A stretch of DNA of 63,970 nucleotides, filler included. It is 9 parts of 9 records of this genome, joined end to end, with 100 filler letters (N's around TTAATTAATTAA, not from the genome) between each part and the next. Parts side by side here need not be neighbours in the genome. Positions count along the whole stretch, not along the records: positions 45,241 to 51,421 come from SRR31156797_77392; positions 51,522 to 58,503 come from SRR31156797_77462; positions 58,604 to 63,970 come from SRR31156797_77481; 6 more parts are not named here. One strand, given 5' to 3'. The position numbers and the translations under genes are program-made. Of this stretch, positions 51,420 to 61,274 are shown piece after piece; the stretch's first letter is position 1, and each line of letters opens with the position of its first letter. The notes beneath the pieces were generated by a model. The model saw only the letters and a list, made by a program, of their open reading frames with translations. It was not told the origin of the DNA and ran no database searches.

Positions 51420-51521
51420 GCNNNNNNNNNNNNNNNNNNNNNNNNNNNNNNNNNNNNNNNNNNNNTTAATTAATTAANNNNNNNNNNNNNNNNNNNNNNN
51501 NNNNNNNNNNNNNNNNNNNNN

Positions 51522-52223
51522 TGGGCGCACCACATGTACACGGTCGGCCTCGACGTCAACACGCGGGCCTATTTCATTCTGGCAACCATGGTCATCGCGG
51601 TGCCGACGGGCATCAAGATCTTCAGCTGGCTGGCCACCATGTGGGGCGGTTCGATCGAATTCAAGACGCCGATGCTGTTCGCCACCGGCTTCATCGCGCT
51701 GTTCGTGGTCGGCGGCGTCACCGGCGTCGTACTGTCGAACGCCGGCATGGACGTCGCCCTGCACGACACCTATTACGTGGTCGCACACTTCCATTACGTG
51801 CTGTCGATCGCGGCGGTCTTTTCGCTGTTCGCCGGGTTCTATTACTGGGTCGGCAAGATGTCCGGCCGCCAGTATCCGGAATGGATGGGCCAAGTCCATT
51901 TCTGGCTGACGTTCGTCGGCGTCAACGTATTGTTCTTCCCGCAGCACTTCCTGGGGGCGGCCGGCATGCCGCGCCGCATCCCCGACTACCCGGACGCTTT
52001 TGCCGGCTGGAACTATGTCAGTTCCATCGGTGCCGCGATTACCGCTTTCGGCACGCTGTTCTTCCTGATCGTCCTGTGGCGGACCATGGCCGCCGGCAAA
52101 CCGGCCGAGGCCAATCCCTGGGGTGTCGGCGCAACCACCCTGGAATGGACGGTGGCGTCGCCGGCGCCGTTCCACACCTTCGAGGACCTGCCCAGGGTTG
52201 GCGACGCACAGCACGCCGAATAG
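51522..52223 (+). CDS. ctaD: Cytochrome c oxidase subunit I, 5' truncated
   Basis: [33 protein letters not shown]. Confidence 0.97.
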   Translation, partial: WAHHMYTVGLDVNTRAYFILATMVIAVPTGIKIFSWLATMWGGSIEFKTPMLFATGFIALFVVGGVTGVVLSNAGMDVALHDTYYVVAHFHYVLSIAAVFSLFAGFYYWVGKMSGRQYPEWMGQVHFWLTFVGVNVLFFPQHFLGAAGMPRRIPDYPDAFAGWNYVSSIGAAITAFGTLFFLIVLWRTMAAGKPAEANPWGVGATTLEWTVASPAPFHTFEDLPRVGDAQHAE

Positions 52224-52249
52224 GCGCGATTGCCGGGAACCGAAGCGAT

Positions 52250-52870
52250 ATGACCAGGCAAAATCATAGCGGCACCAAACAGCGCAGCCTGATGACGGCA
52301 CTGACGCTGTTTGCCTTCGTCGGCGGCATGGTCGGACTGGCCTATGCCTCGGTGCCGCTGTATCGCCTTTTCTGCCAGGTCACCGGTTTCGGCGGCACGC
52401 CGCGGATTGAAACGGCCGGGGTTGAGGCCGGGGCGGTTTCGGAAACGCCCGGCCGGACTCTGACCGTGCGCTTCGATTCGACGGTCAATTCGTCCCTGCC
52501 CTGGCGCTTCAAACCGGTGCAGCGCGCCGTTAGCGTCAAGCCGGGCGAACAGAAACTGGCCTTCTTTATGGCCGAGAACCTGTCCGACAAGCCCCAGACC
52601 GGCACCGCCACCTTCAACGTCACGCCGCACAAGGCGGCGTCGTATTTTGTCAAGGTCGACTGCTTCTGTTTTACCGAACAGCGCCTGGAAGCCGGGCAGT
52701 CGGTGGATATGCCGGTGTCGTTCTACGTCGATCCGGAAATCCTGACCGACGAAAACACGGCCGACGTCTCGACGATCACGCTGTCCTATACGTTCTTCCG
52801 CGATGAAACGGACAAGGTCGGCGAACTTTCGCAGGCTAAACAGGATTCAAGCAAGGCACCGAACGGATAA
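52250..52870 (+). CDS. ctaG: Cytochrome c oxidase assembly protein CtaG/Cox11
   Basis: VPLYRLFCQVTGFGG, CFCF copper motif, TLSYTFF. Confidence 0.95.
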   Translation: MTRQNHSGTKQRSLMTALTLFAFVGGMVGLAYASVPLYRLFCQVTGFGGTPRIETAGVEAGAVSETPGRTLTVRFDSTVNSSLPWRFKPVQRAVSVKPGEQKLAFFMAENLSDKPQTGTATFNVTPHKAASYFVKVDCFCFTEQRLEAGQSVDMPVSFYVDPEILTDENTADVSTITLSYTFFRDETDKVGELSQAKQDSSKAPNG

Positions 52871-52907
52871 GGGCGCCCGAACAAGGTATTATCGGAGAAG
52901 AATTTCG

Positions 52908-53717
52908 ATGGCGAGCGATATCAAGAAACACCCCTACCACATGGTCGATCCGAGCCCGTGGCCGATTTCGGGCACGATTTCGGCCCTGTTGCTGGCCACC
53001 GGCGGCATCTGGTACATGCACGAAGGCGTGCCGTGGGTGCTGATCGCCGGATTTGCGATGCTGCTGTTCACCTTCTTCGGCTGGTGGCGGGACGTGGTCC
53101 GCGAGGCCGAACACGATAAAGCCCACAACGCTACGGTCCAGCACGGTCTGCGCATGGGCATGGTGCTGTTCATCGCGTCCGAGGTGATGTTCTTTTTCGC
53201 TTTCTTCTGGGCCTACTTCAACGCCAGCATTCCGGCGCTCAGCTTCGTCGCCTCGCCGGTCTGGCCGCCGGAGGGCATCGAGCCCTTCAACACCTGGACG
53301 ATTCCGTTCCTGAACACGCTGATCCTGCTGACCTCGGGCGCCACCGTCACCTATGCCCACCATGCCTTTCGCGAAGGCCATCGGGCCCAGGCCATCAAGG
53401 GTACCCTGTTGACGGTCATCCTCGGCGTCATTTTCCTCGGCTTCCAGGCCTACGAATACGCCCACGCCGCGTTCGGGTTTACCGACGGCATCTATTCGTC
53501 GACCTTCTACCTGGCGACCGGTTTTCACGGTTTTCATGTCTTCGTCGGCGTCTGTTTCCTGGCCGTCTGTTATTTCCGGGCCAAGAAAGGCCATTTCACG
53601 GCCGAACAGCACGTCGGATTCGAGGCCGCCGCCTGGTATTGGCATTTCGTCGACGTCGTCTGGCTGTTCCTGTTCACCGCCGTCTACTGGTGGGGAAGCT
53701 GGGGATACGCGGGCTGA
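52908..53717 (+). CDS. ctaE: Cytochrome c oxidase subunit III
   Basis: HPYHMVDPSPWP, SEVMFF, TGFHGFHV, WYWHFVDVVW. Confidence 0.97.
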   Translation: MASDIKKHPYHMVDPSPWPISGTISALLLATGGIWYMHEGVPWVLIAGFAMLLFTFFGWWRDVVREAEHDKAHNATVQHGLRMGMVLFIASEVMFFFAFFWAYFNASIPALSFVASPVWPPEGIEPFNTWTIPFLNTLILLTSGATVTYAHHAFREGHRAQAIKGTLLTVILGVIFLGFQAYEYAHAAFGFTDGIYSSTFYLATGFHGFHVFVGVCFLAVCYFRAKKGHFTAEQHVGFEAAAWYWHFVDVVWLFLFTAVYWWGSWGYAG

Positions 53718-53718
53718 C

Positions 53719-54108
53719 GTGACCCCGAAACCGGACGACCGGCCGCTTTCCAAGGCCCTGTCGGCGGGCCTGCGCGGGCGCTGCCCGAAATGTTCCGACG
53801 GGCCTCTTTTTTCCGGATTTCTCGATATCGCGCCGACCTGCACGGCCTGCGGGCTGGGTTTGGCCGGCCATGATTCCGGCGACGGCCCGGCCTTCGCCGT
53901 TTCCTTTATCGTCGGCGCCGTCGTCGTCGCCCTGGCGGCCTTGCTGGAATTCACCCTGCATCCGCCGCTTTGGGTTCACGCCGCCCTTTGGTTGCCGGTG
54001 GTGATCGGCGGATCGATGGCCATGTTACGCCCGTTGAAGGGCCTGACCGTGGCCATCCAGTACCATACCCGCGCCACCGACGAACCGGATCGACTCGGCG
54101 GGCAATAA
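53719..54108 (+). CDS. DUF983 protein
   Basis: RGRCPKC..G.LF.GFL.....C..CG, DSGDGPA, LRPLKG. Confidence 0.9.
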   Translation: MTPKPDDRPLSKALSAGLRGRCPKCSDGPLFSGFLDIAPTCTACGLGLAGHDSGDGPAFAVSFIVGAVVVALAALLEFTLHPPLWVHAALWLPVVIGGSMAMLRPLKGLTVAIQYHTRATDEPDRLGGQ

Positions 54109-54109
54109 A

Positions 54110-54694
54110 CTAGTCCCGGGTCGGCCGGCGCAGAATCACCACCAGCAGGGCTCTGGCCGGCGTCTTGCCGTCATTACGGATGGCGTGCACCTGATCGGCC
54201 CGGTAACGGACCGTTTCGCCGGCCGCCACATCGTGCCGTTCGCCGCCGCTTTCGATGGCCATCGCGCCTTCCAAGACAGTCAAATGCTCCATGGTCCCCG
54301 ATTCGTGCGCATCCGAGGCCAAAACGGCGCCCGGTTCGGCCAGCACCTCGTACCATTCGACCGACCCGCCCAGATCCAGCGGCCCGAGGATGCGCAAATC
54401 GCACCGGCCGTCGGCGCTGCGGATCGACGGCGTCGCGTGCGCCGACACGGTTTCGACCGCGGCCGCCTTTTCGTCGCGTCCGAAAAAGGTTTCGACGCTG
54501 ACGCCCAGGCTTTCGCAAAGCCGCCAGACGGTGGCCAGGGTCGGGTTGGTCTGATCGCGTTCGATCTGCGACAACATCGATTTCGAAACGCCCGATCGCA
54601 CCGAAAGGTCGTCCAAGGTCATTTTCCGGGCGCGGCGCAACCGGCGGACATTGGCCCCGACATTCGGGGGATCGGGAGGAACGGACGGCGCCAT
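54110..54694 (-). CDS. XRE-HTH + cupin transcriptional regulator
   Basis: SGVSKSMLSQIER..TNPT HTH; cupin H..GT.E. Confidence 0.93.
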   Translation of the reverse strand: MAPSVPPDPPNVGANVRRLRRARKMTLDDLSVRSGVSKSMLSQIERDQTNPTLATVWRLCESLGVSVETFFGRDEKAAAVETVSAHATPSIRSADGRCDLRILGPLDLGGSVEWYEVLAEPGAVLASDAHESGTMEHLTVLEGAMAIESGGERHDVAAGETVRYRADQVHAIRNDGKTPARALLVVILRRPTRD

Positions 54695-54699
54695 AAAAA

Positions 54700-54754
54700 T
54701 TCCTGTATTTCGAACATAATTCCGTTATAATGGATTTTGTACAATATACAGGAA
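54700..54754. promoter_or_regulatory. Three putative XRE operator palindromes
   Basis: TTCCTGTATTTCGAAC, TTCCGTTATAATGGAT and GTACAATATACAGGAA at about 20-bp pitch. Confidence 0.55.
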
Positions 54755-54867
54755 ACTCGAGGAAAGCTCAATGGCGCCGGTGCCATAGGCGAACCACATT
54801 ATAGGGGCCGGCGCCAAACCGCCGAACCGGGAACGCCGACGCCGACTTATTTCAAGGGATGCCGACC

Positions 54868-56079
54868 ATGGGACACGCGATTATCGATCACCTCCGCGAT
54901 GAAATCCGCGCCGTTCGGGAAGCCGGTCTTTACAAGGCCGAGCGCCTGATCGGATCGCCCCAGGACGCATCGATCAGCCTGCACGACGGCGGCGATGTCC
55001 TGAACTTCTGCGCCAACAATTACCTTGGCCTTTCCAATCATCCCGACCTGATCGCGGCGGCCAAGGAAGCGCTGGATCGCTATGGCTACGGCATGTCCTC
55101 GGTGCGCTTCATCTGCGGCACCCAGACCGTGCACCGCGACCTGGAGCAGCGCCTCGCGGCGTTCCTGGGCACCGACGACGCCATCCTTTATTCATCCTGT
55201 TTCGATGCCAATACCGGCCTGTTCGAAACCCTTTTGGGCGAAGACGATGCGATCATCAGCGACGCGCTGAACCACGCCAGCGTCATCGACGGGGTGCGGC
55301 TGTGCAAGGCGCGGCGCTTCCGCTACGCCAACAACGATATGGCCGATCTGGAAACCCAGTTGAAAGCGGCCGGCGACTGCCGCTTCCGGCTGATCGTCAC
55401 CGACGGGGTCTTTTCCATGGACGGCGTCATCGCCGATTTGAAATCCATCTGCGATCTTGCCGATCGATACGGCGCCCTGGTCATGGTCGACGATTCCCAC
55501 GCCGTCGGTTTTCTTGGCAATCGCGGGCGCGGCACGCCGGAATATTGCGGCGTGGAGGGGCGTATCGACATCATCACCGGCACGCTTGGAAAAGCGCTGG
55601 GCGGCGCCTCGGGCGGTTACACGGCGGCACGGGCCGAAATCGTCGAATGGCTGCGGCAGCGCTCGCGGCCCTATCTGTTTTCCAACAGCCTGGCCCCGGT
55701 CATCGCGGCGACATCGTTGGCGGCCCTCGATCTGCTCGGCGCCGGCGGCGCACTCAGGCAACGCCTAACCGACAACAGCGCCCGCTTCCGCCGCGAGATG
55801 CTGGCGCTTGGCTTCGAATTGTCCGGGGCCGGGCATCCGATCGTTCCGGTCATGCTGGGCGACGCCAAACTGGCCGCCGACATGGCCGAACGCCTACTCG
55901 CCGAAGGCATCTACGTTGTCGGCTTTTCGTTTCCGGTGGTGCCGCGCGGCCAGGCCCGCATCCGGACACAAATATCGGCGGCGCACACCGATGAACAATT
56001 GGATAGGGCGATCGCGGCGTTTTCCAAGGTGGGCCGGGATCTCGGTGTGATCCCTTCGGACGGGAGGAAGATTTCATGA
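54868..56079 (+). CDS. kbl: Glycine C-acetyltransferase (2-amino-3-ketobutyrate CoA ligase)
   Basis: [40 protein letters not shown]. Confidence 0.97.
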   Translation: MGHAIIDHLRDEIRAVREAGLYKAERLIGSPQDASISLHDGGDVLNFCANNYLGLSNHPDLIAAAKEALDRYGYGMSSVRFICGTQTVHRDLEQRLAAFLGTDDAILYSSCFDANTGLFETLLGEDDAIISDALNHASVIDGVRLCKARRFRYANNDMADLETQLKAAGDCRFRLIVTDGVFSMDGVIADLKSICDLADRYGALVMVDDSHAVGFLGNRGRGTPEYCGVEGRIDIITGTLGKALGGASGGYTAARAEIVEWLRQRSRPYLFSNSLAPVIAATSLAALDLLGAGGALRQRLTDNSARFRREMLALGFELSGAGHPIVPVMLGDAKLAADMAERLLAEGIYVVGFSFPVVPRGQARIRTQISAAHTDEQLDRAIAAFSKVGRDLGVIPSDGRKIS

Positions 56080-57101
56080 AAGCGCTGGTCAAAAACAAGG
56101 CGGAACCGGGCCTCTGGATCGACGACGTGCCGGTTCCCGAGTACGGCCCCAACGACGTCTTGGTCCGCATCCGCAAGACCGCCATCTGCGGCACCGACGT
56201 TCACATCTTCAACTGGGACAAATGGTCGCAGAAGACCATCCCCGTACCGATGACCATCGGCCATGAATTCGTCGGCGAAATCGTCGAACTGGGCAGCGAG
56301 GTCCAGGGCCTGAAAAAAGGCGACCGCGTTTCCGGCGAAGGGCACATCACCTGCGGCCACTGCCGCAACTGCCGGGCCGGCCGCCGCCATTTATGCCGCA
56401 ACACCGTCGGCGTCGGCGTCAACCGTCCCGGCTGTTTCGCCGAATACCTAGCGATCCCGGCCGGCAATGCCTTCCGCCTGCCGCCCGATATCCCGGACGA
56501 CATCGCGACCATATTGGATCCCTTCGGCAATGCCGCCCACACCGCCCTGTCGTTCGATATGGTCGGCGAGGATGTGCTGATCACCGGCGCCGGCCCCATC
56601 GGCATCATGGCCGCCGCCATTGCGCGGCACGTCGGCGCCCGTCATGTCGTCGTCAGCGACGTCAACGACTTCCGCCTGAACCTGGCCCGCAAACTGGGCG
56701 CAAGCCGTGTCGTCAACGTTGCTCGCGACCGTATCGAGGACGTCATGGACGATCTCGGCATGAGCGAGGGGTTCGACGTCGGGCTCGAGATGTCCGGCAA
56801 TCCGGCCGGGGTCGGCGATCTGTTAAGGACCATGAACTTCGGCGGCCGGGTCGCCGTGCTCGGCATCGTGCCGGACGCCGTTCCGATCAATTGGAACGAC
56901 ATGATCTTCAAAGGGCTGATCCTGAAGGGCATCTACGGCCGCGAGATGTTCGAAACCTGGTACAAGATGACTGCCATGCTTCAAGGTGGTTTGAACATCG
57001 CGCCGATCATCACGCACCGTTTTCATATCGATGCGTTCGCCGAAGGCTTCGAGGCGATGCGTTCGGGCGAGGCCGGCAAAGTAATCCTCGACTGGGATTG
57101 A
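56076..57101 (+). CDS. tdh: L-threonine 3-dehydrogenase
   Basis: [35 protein letters not shown]. Confidence 0.97.
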   Translation: MKALVKNKAEPGLWIDDVPVPEYGPNDVLVRIRKTAICGTDVHIFNWDKWSQKTIPVPMTIGHEFVGEIVELGSEVQGLKKGDRVSGEGHITCGHCRNCRAGRRHLCRNTVGVGVNRPGCFAEYLAIPAGNAFRLPPDIPDDIATILDPFGNAAHTALSFDMVGEDVLITGAGPIGIMAAAIARHVGARHVVVSDVNDFRLNLARKLGASRVVNVARDRIEDVMDDLGMSEGFDVGLEMSGNPAGVGDLLRTMNFGGRVAVLGIVPDAVPINWNDMIFKGLILKGIYGREMFETWYKMTAMLQGGLNIAPIITHRFHIDAFAEGFEAMRSGEAGKVILDWD

Positions 57102-57415
57102 TCCGGGTTCGATGCCAAAAAAACACCTGATCCGACAATCCGGTATCGGGTTTCCACCAGGAGATGCCGCAATCGTCGGCCCGTTTCCGCCGAATGGGTC
57201 TTGCCGGTAAGCGCTTGCAAATGCAGTTGCAAATCATTATCCATAAAATATTTATGGTTATTTTTGTTGAACATTCGAACGGACTAATGTACGAATCACT
57301 CCTGTCCTGAGTTTTGGTTTCCGGTTGGACTTTACGGCAATAAAACCAACGAAAGCTGTAGGTTAATTGGAAATTTGGAAATGATCCAATAACCCACTCC
57401 AAGCAGGAGATAATA

Positions 57416-57670
57416 ATGTCCGAACTGCTTACCGAGGCCCCCGAAGTCGCCAACTCTGTCGACGCACGCGGCAGTGCCTGCCCCGGCCCACTGCTTGAGG
57501 CGAAAAAGGCCATCGGTTCCGTCAAAGTCGGCGATATGCTCGAAGTTCTGTCGAACGACCCCGGCACCAAGGACGACATTCCGAAATGGGCCGGCAAGGT
57601 CGGTCACGAATATATCGGTCACATGGAATCCGACGGCTACGAACGCCTGTTCGTCAAGCGCGGAAAGTAG
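57416..57670 (+). CDS. tusA: TusA-family sulfur carrier
   Basis: DARGSACPGPLL; RBS AGGAG. Confidence 0.92.
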   Translation: MSELLTEAPEVANSVDARGSACPGPLLEAKKAIGSVKVGDMLEVLSNDPGTKDDIPKWAGKVGHEYIGHMESDGYERLFVKRGK

Positions 57671-57677
57671 GCCCGCC

Positions 57678-58109
57678 ATGGCCGGCCGGGAAACGAAACC
57701 CAAGATCCTGATCCTGGCCACCGAGGAATGCGCCTATCCGGGCGCCAATTCGGTCGGGCAGGCTCATGCCGCCCACGCCGACAACACCTACGTTCTTAGA
57801 ACCCGCGAACCGGCGATGTTCCCGGAGAAGTTCTACATGGACTGCTTCGACAAGGGCATCGCCGGGATCATCATCATGTCATGCGGCGTCGAATGCCCAT
57901 ACGAGGGGGCCTATCCGGCCCTTTCCAAGCGCGTCGACAAGGTTTACGCCCGCATGAAGGAACGCGGGTTGGATACGCGCCGCCTCCGGCTGACCGCCAT
58001 CTGCACGGTCTGCAACCGCGCCTATCTTAAAGAAGTCCAACAAATGAACGATGTGGTGTCCGAACTCGGCCTGCCGGGCGAGGAAAAAACCGAAACGGTA
58101 GCCGCCTGA
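57678..58109 (+). CDS. MvhD/FlpD-like iron-sulfur protein (divergent)
   Basis: PKIL....CAYPGA..VG, CG.ECPY, GLDTRRLRL, C-terminal CTVC; directly upstream of hdrA. Confidence 0.8.
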   Translation: MAGRETKPKILILATEECAYPGANSVGQAHAAHADNTYVLRTREPAMFPEKFYMDCFDKGIAGIIIMSCGVECPYEGAYPALSKRVDKVYARMKERGLDTRRLRLTAICTVCNRAYLKEVQQMNDVVSELGLPGEEKTETVAA

Positions 58110-58143
58110 ACAGGCAGGTACCCGACACGCGACGAGGATTCCG

Positions 58144-58503
58144 ATGACGGCCTCTGAAATTCCGCAATACGACACGCTCGTGCTGGGCGCGGGCATCGCC
58201 GGCCTGCAAGCGGCCCTCGATCTCGCCGATCAGGGTTTCAAGGTGGCGGTCGTCGAACGCGACCCCTCCATCGGCGGCAAGATGATCCGGCTTTCCAAGG
58301 TGTTTCCGACCCTGGATTGCGCCAGTTGCATCACGACACCGAAGATGGCGGCGGCGGCCCACCACGAAAACATCACGCTCTATACCTATTGCGAGCTGGA
58401 TTCGCTGTCGCGCAACGGTGCCGGCCTGATCGCCAACGTCACTCAAAAGCCGCGTTTCGTCGACGTCGACAAATGCACCGGCTGCCGCGAATGCGAATAC
58501 GCC
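58144..58503 (+). CDS. hdrA: Heterodisulfide reductase subunit A-like flavoprotein, 3' truncated
   Basis: GAGIAG..AALDLA, SIGGKM..LSKVFPTLDCASCITTPKM, PRFVD..KCTGC..C. Confidence 0.93.
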
Positions 58504-58717
58504 NNNNNNNNNNNNNNNNNNNNNNNNNNNNNNNNNNNNNNNNNNNNTTAATTAATTAANNNNNNNNNNNNNNNNNNNNNNNNNNNNNNNNNNNNNNNNN
58601 NNNGATGAGGATGGTTGCAGGGGAGGCTCTGGCCGGGGCTGGGATCAGCGCCGTCTGGAAGCTTTCGCCGATCGACTCGTGTGCCGGCTGGTACGGCGGC
58701 GGAAAGGAGTGACGAGC

Positions 58718-59080
58718 GTGACCGATCCGAAGAGATTCTGGGGGCCCGTGTTGAGCCTGACGGTGCTGTTCTGTGCTCTGGCGGCGGTGGCTTTTTGGGT
58801 TGCTCCGGGCGTCCGCGAAGGAACCGTACCGGCCATCGGCGGCATCGTATGGCATGCCTTGGGCGCGATTCAGTTGTTAGTGGCGAATGTCTATGGCCCT
58901 GTGGCGGTGCGCGTGGGAGAAGCGACCTCGCCGCGATTGGGCACTGCGGTCCAGATGGCGCTGACCGTGCTCAGTGCCCTGCTACTGTCGATCGCGATTT
59001 GGTATCCCTTCTATCTGGTTCGCAAACGATCCCGCTCGGTGGCCAAGGCTTCCGGCATGCCGGCGTCCCCTCCCAAGTAG
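58718..59080 (+). CDS. Hypothetical membrane protein
   Basis: Hydrophobic segments; AAGGAG RBS before a GTG. Confidence 0.55.
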   Translation: MTDPKRFWGPVLSLTVLFCALAAVAFWVAPGVREGTVPAIGGIVWHALGAIQLLVANVYGPVAVRVGEATSPRLGTAVQMALTVLSALLLSIAIWYPFYLVRKRSRSVAKASGMPASPPK

Positions 59081-59164
59081 CGGTTCCGGATGCTGAGGTA
59101 TGCAGACGGAAAGGCACTTGGTCGTCGCTGCGCTTCTCCGCGCGACTCCGGCGCCGCGTCGGCC

Positions 59165-59572
59165 CTATCGGGCCTTCACCTTCACGACTAACTCGGAAGA
59201 AGCCGGTTCGCCGGTCTCTGGGGTTGCCTTGATTGCGATACGATACTTGCCGAGGGCGGCGTCAGTGGCGGCTGTGATCTTGAGTTCCACATCGGGTTTG
59301 TCACTGGCTTCGACCACCATGTTATTGGGATCGATGGTGAGATTCTCCGGGACGCTGATTTGCAGCCGTACGTCCTGCTTGAAATAGTCACCCCGTTTGA
59401 GGGAAATGCGGATGGTTTTCACGTCCCCCTGATCGAGGTCCAGGGTGAAACGTCGAGCCACGATCTTGAAGCCATGATTCTTCTCCGTGGCGCCGCCCTG
59501 GGGACTGCTCGACCGACAGCCGCAGAGACTCGCCAGTGCCAACGTCATCACGAACGCTACTGCAGTTTTCAT
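59165..59572 (-). CDS. Hypothetical lipoprotein with Ig-like beta domain
   Basis: Lipobox LCGC; beta-rich; RBS AAGGAA. Confidence 0.7.
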   Translation of the reverse strand: MKTAVAFVMTLALASLCGCRSSSPQGGATEKNHGFKIVARRFTLDLDQGDVKTIRISLKRGDYFKQDVRLQISVPENLTIDPNNMVVEASDKPDVELKITAATDAALGKYRIAIKATPETGEPASSELVVKVKAR

Positions 59573-59789
59573 TCCTTTTCCTTTCCCAAGAAGTCATCGC
59601 CCAGCTCACATCCGTGCCAAGCCCTCTTTTATACGCTACTACTTCCCTGGCAAAATACCGGGATGTGGCCATTTTCGCTAGAGGAAAAGATGTGTCCCGG
59701 GCCCGACTTTCCATTCTGGGGCGATGCGGTATAATCCATTGGTCGTGGCGGTCATGTGATTTACGAGCGGGTTCTTGGGGTGTTGGGCA

Positions 59790-61265
59790 ATGAAGATGGT
59801 GCGATGTGTGATGGTGGCGCTGGTTGCGCTGGCGAATCTGGTGCCGTTGGGGGGCCGTGCCCGAGCGGCCGGACGGTATGAGCCGACGTGGGAATCGCTC
59901 GACGCGCGGGTGACGCCGCAGTGGTTCATGGATGCGAAGTTCGGCGTCTTTATTTGTTGGGGCTTGTATTCCGTGCCGGCCTGGACCCCGAAGGGACACT
60001 ATGCCGAATGGTATCAGTATTGGCTCCAGCAGAAGTCGTTTGACGGCCAGGTGGCCAAGTTCCATGACCGGACCTACGGTGCGGACTTCAAGTTCCGGGA
60101 CTTTGCCCCGATGTTCAAGGCCGAATTGTGGGACCCGAACGCCTGGGCCGACCTGCTCGCCCAGGCCGGCGCCAGGTACATCGTGCTGACCACCAAGCAC
60201 CATTCGGGCTATACCCTCTGGCCCAGCGCCGAGGCCGAGCGCACCTACGGCGTCAACTACAACCCCGTCAAGGTCGGTCCGCGGCGCGATCTCGTCGGGG
60301 ACCTGGCGGCGGCCGTGCGCGCCAGGGACATCAAGGTCGGACTCTACTACTCACTGTACGAATGGTACCACCCACTTTGGCAGAGCGACAAAGAGCGCTT
60401 CGTCGCCGAGCATTTCTTCCCGCAGTTCAAGGATCTCGTGACGCGGTATCGGCCCGACCTGATTTGGGCCGACGGCGAATGGGATTTGCCCTGGGAGCAG
60501 TGGCGCAGTCCCGAATTGCTGGCCTGGCTGTTCAACCACGCACCGAACGAGAAAGACCTGGTCATCAACGATCGATGGGGCAAGGGAGTCCGGCACAAGC
60601 ATGGCGGATTCTATACGACCGAATACGGTTCCGGTCTCGACGACGACGCCCACCCCTGGGAAGAGGACCGGGGGATGGGACATTCCTATGGCTACAACCG
60701 CGCTGAAAATCTCGAGGACTATCGATCCGCGCAGGAACTGATTCTGATGCTGGTCGATGTCGTCAGCCGGGGCGGCAATCTCTGTCTGGATATCGGGCCG
60801 CGGGCTGATGGCACGATTCCGGTGATCATGCAGGAGCGGCTGCTCGAGATCGGCACGTGGCTCGGCACCAATGGCGAGGCGATATACGGGACGCGCATGT
60901 GGAACGTCCCTTGTCAGTGGAGTGCGGGGGCCATTCCGGCGCTGAAGCGCGGCGAGTATATGTCCAAGTTCGACATTCTGGAGCAGACCGTCAGCCCGCC
61001 GGCCGGGCAGGCGCGCAAGGAAGTGCTATTCACCTGCAAGAGCGGGAACCTGTATGCGATTGCTCCGAAGTGGCCTGGCAGAGAGCTGCGGCTAAGAGAT
61101 GTGCACGCCGGCAGCAACACAAAGGTCACTTTCCTGGCCACCGGCGCGACGCTTTCCTGGCGGGCCGACGGAGACGATCTGGTTGTGACGTTGCCTGCGT
61201 TCGACCCGAACCAACTGGGGAATCAGCACGCATTCGTATTTCGTGTGAGTGATATCGCGCGGTGA
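59790..61265 (+). CDS. Alpha-L-fucosidase (GH29)
   Basis: YEPTWESLD, WF.DAKFG.FI.WG.YSVP, LTTKHH.G, W.DG.W, INDRWG, VSRGGNL.L.IGP. Confidence 0.95.
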   Translation: MKMVRCVMVALVALANLVPLGGRARAAGRYEPTWESLDARVTPQWFMDAKFGVFICWGLYSVPAWTPKGHYAEWYQYWLQQKSFDGQVAKFHDRTYGADFKFRDFAPMFKAELWDPNAWADLLAQAGARYIVLTTKHHSGYTLWPSAEAERTYGVNYNPVKVGPRRDLVGDLAAAVRARDIKVGLYYSLYEWYHPLWQSDKERFVAEHFFPQFKDLVTRYRPDLIWADGEWDLPWEQWRSPELLAWLFNHAPNEKDLVINDRWGKGVRHKHGGFYTTEYGSGLDDDAHPWEEDRGMGHSYGYNRAENLEDYRSAQELILMLVDVVSRGGNLCLDIGPRADGTIPVIMQERLLEIGTWLGTNGEAIYGTRMWNVPCQWSAGAIPALKRGEYMSKFDILEQTVSPPAGQARKEVLFTCKSGNLYAIAPKWPGRELRLRDVHAGSNTKVTFLATGATLSWRADGDDLVVTLPAFDPNQLGNQHAFVFRVSDIAR

Positions 61266-61274
61266 GGATCCACC

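Noticed and set aside
51641-52249. N-terminal 203-aa extension of CtaG in the ORF track
   Set aside because: Overlaps ctaD in another frame; the real start is the ATG at 52250.
57416-58503. Selenocysteine recoding in tusA/mvhD/hdrA
   Set aside because: No in-frame TGA at Cys positions in the visible sequence.
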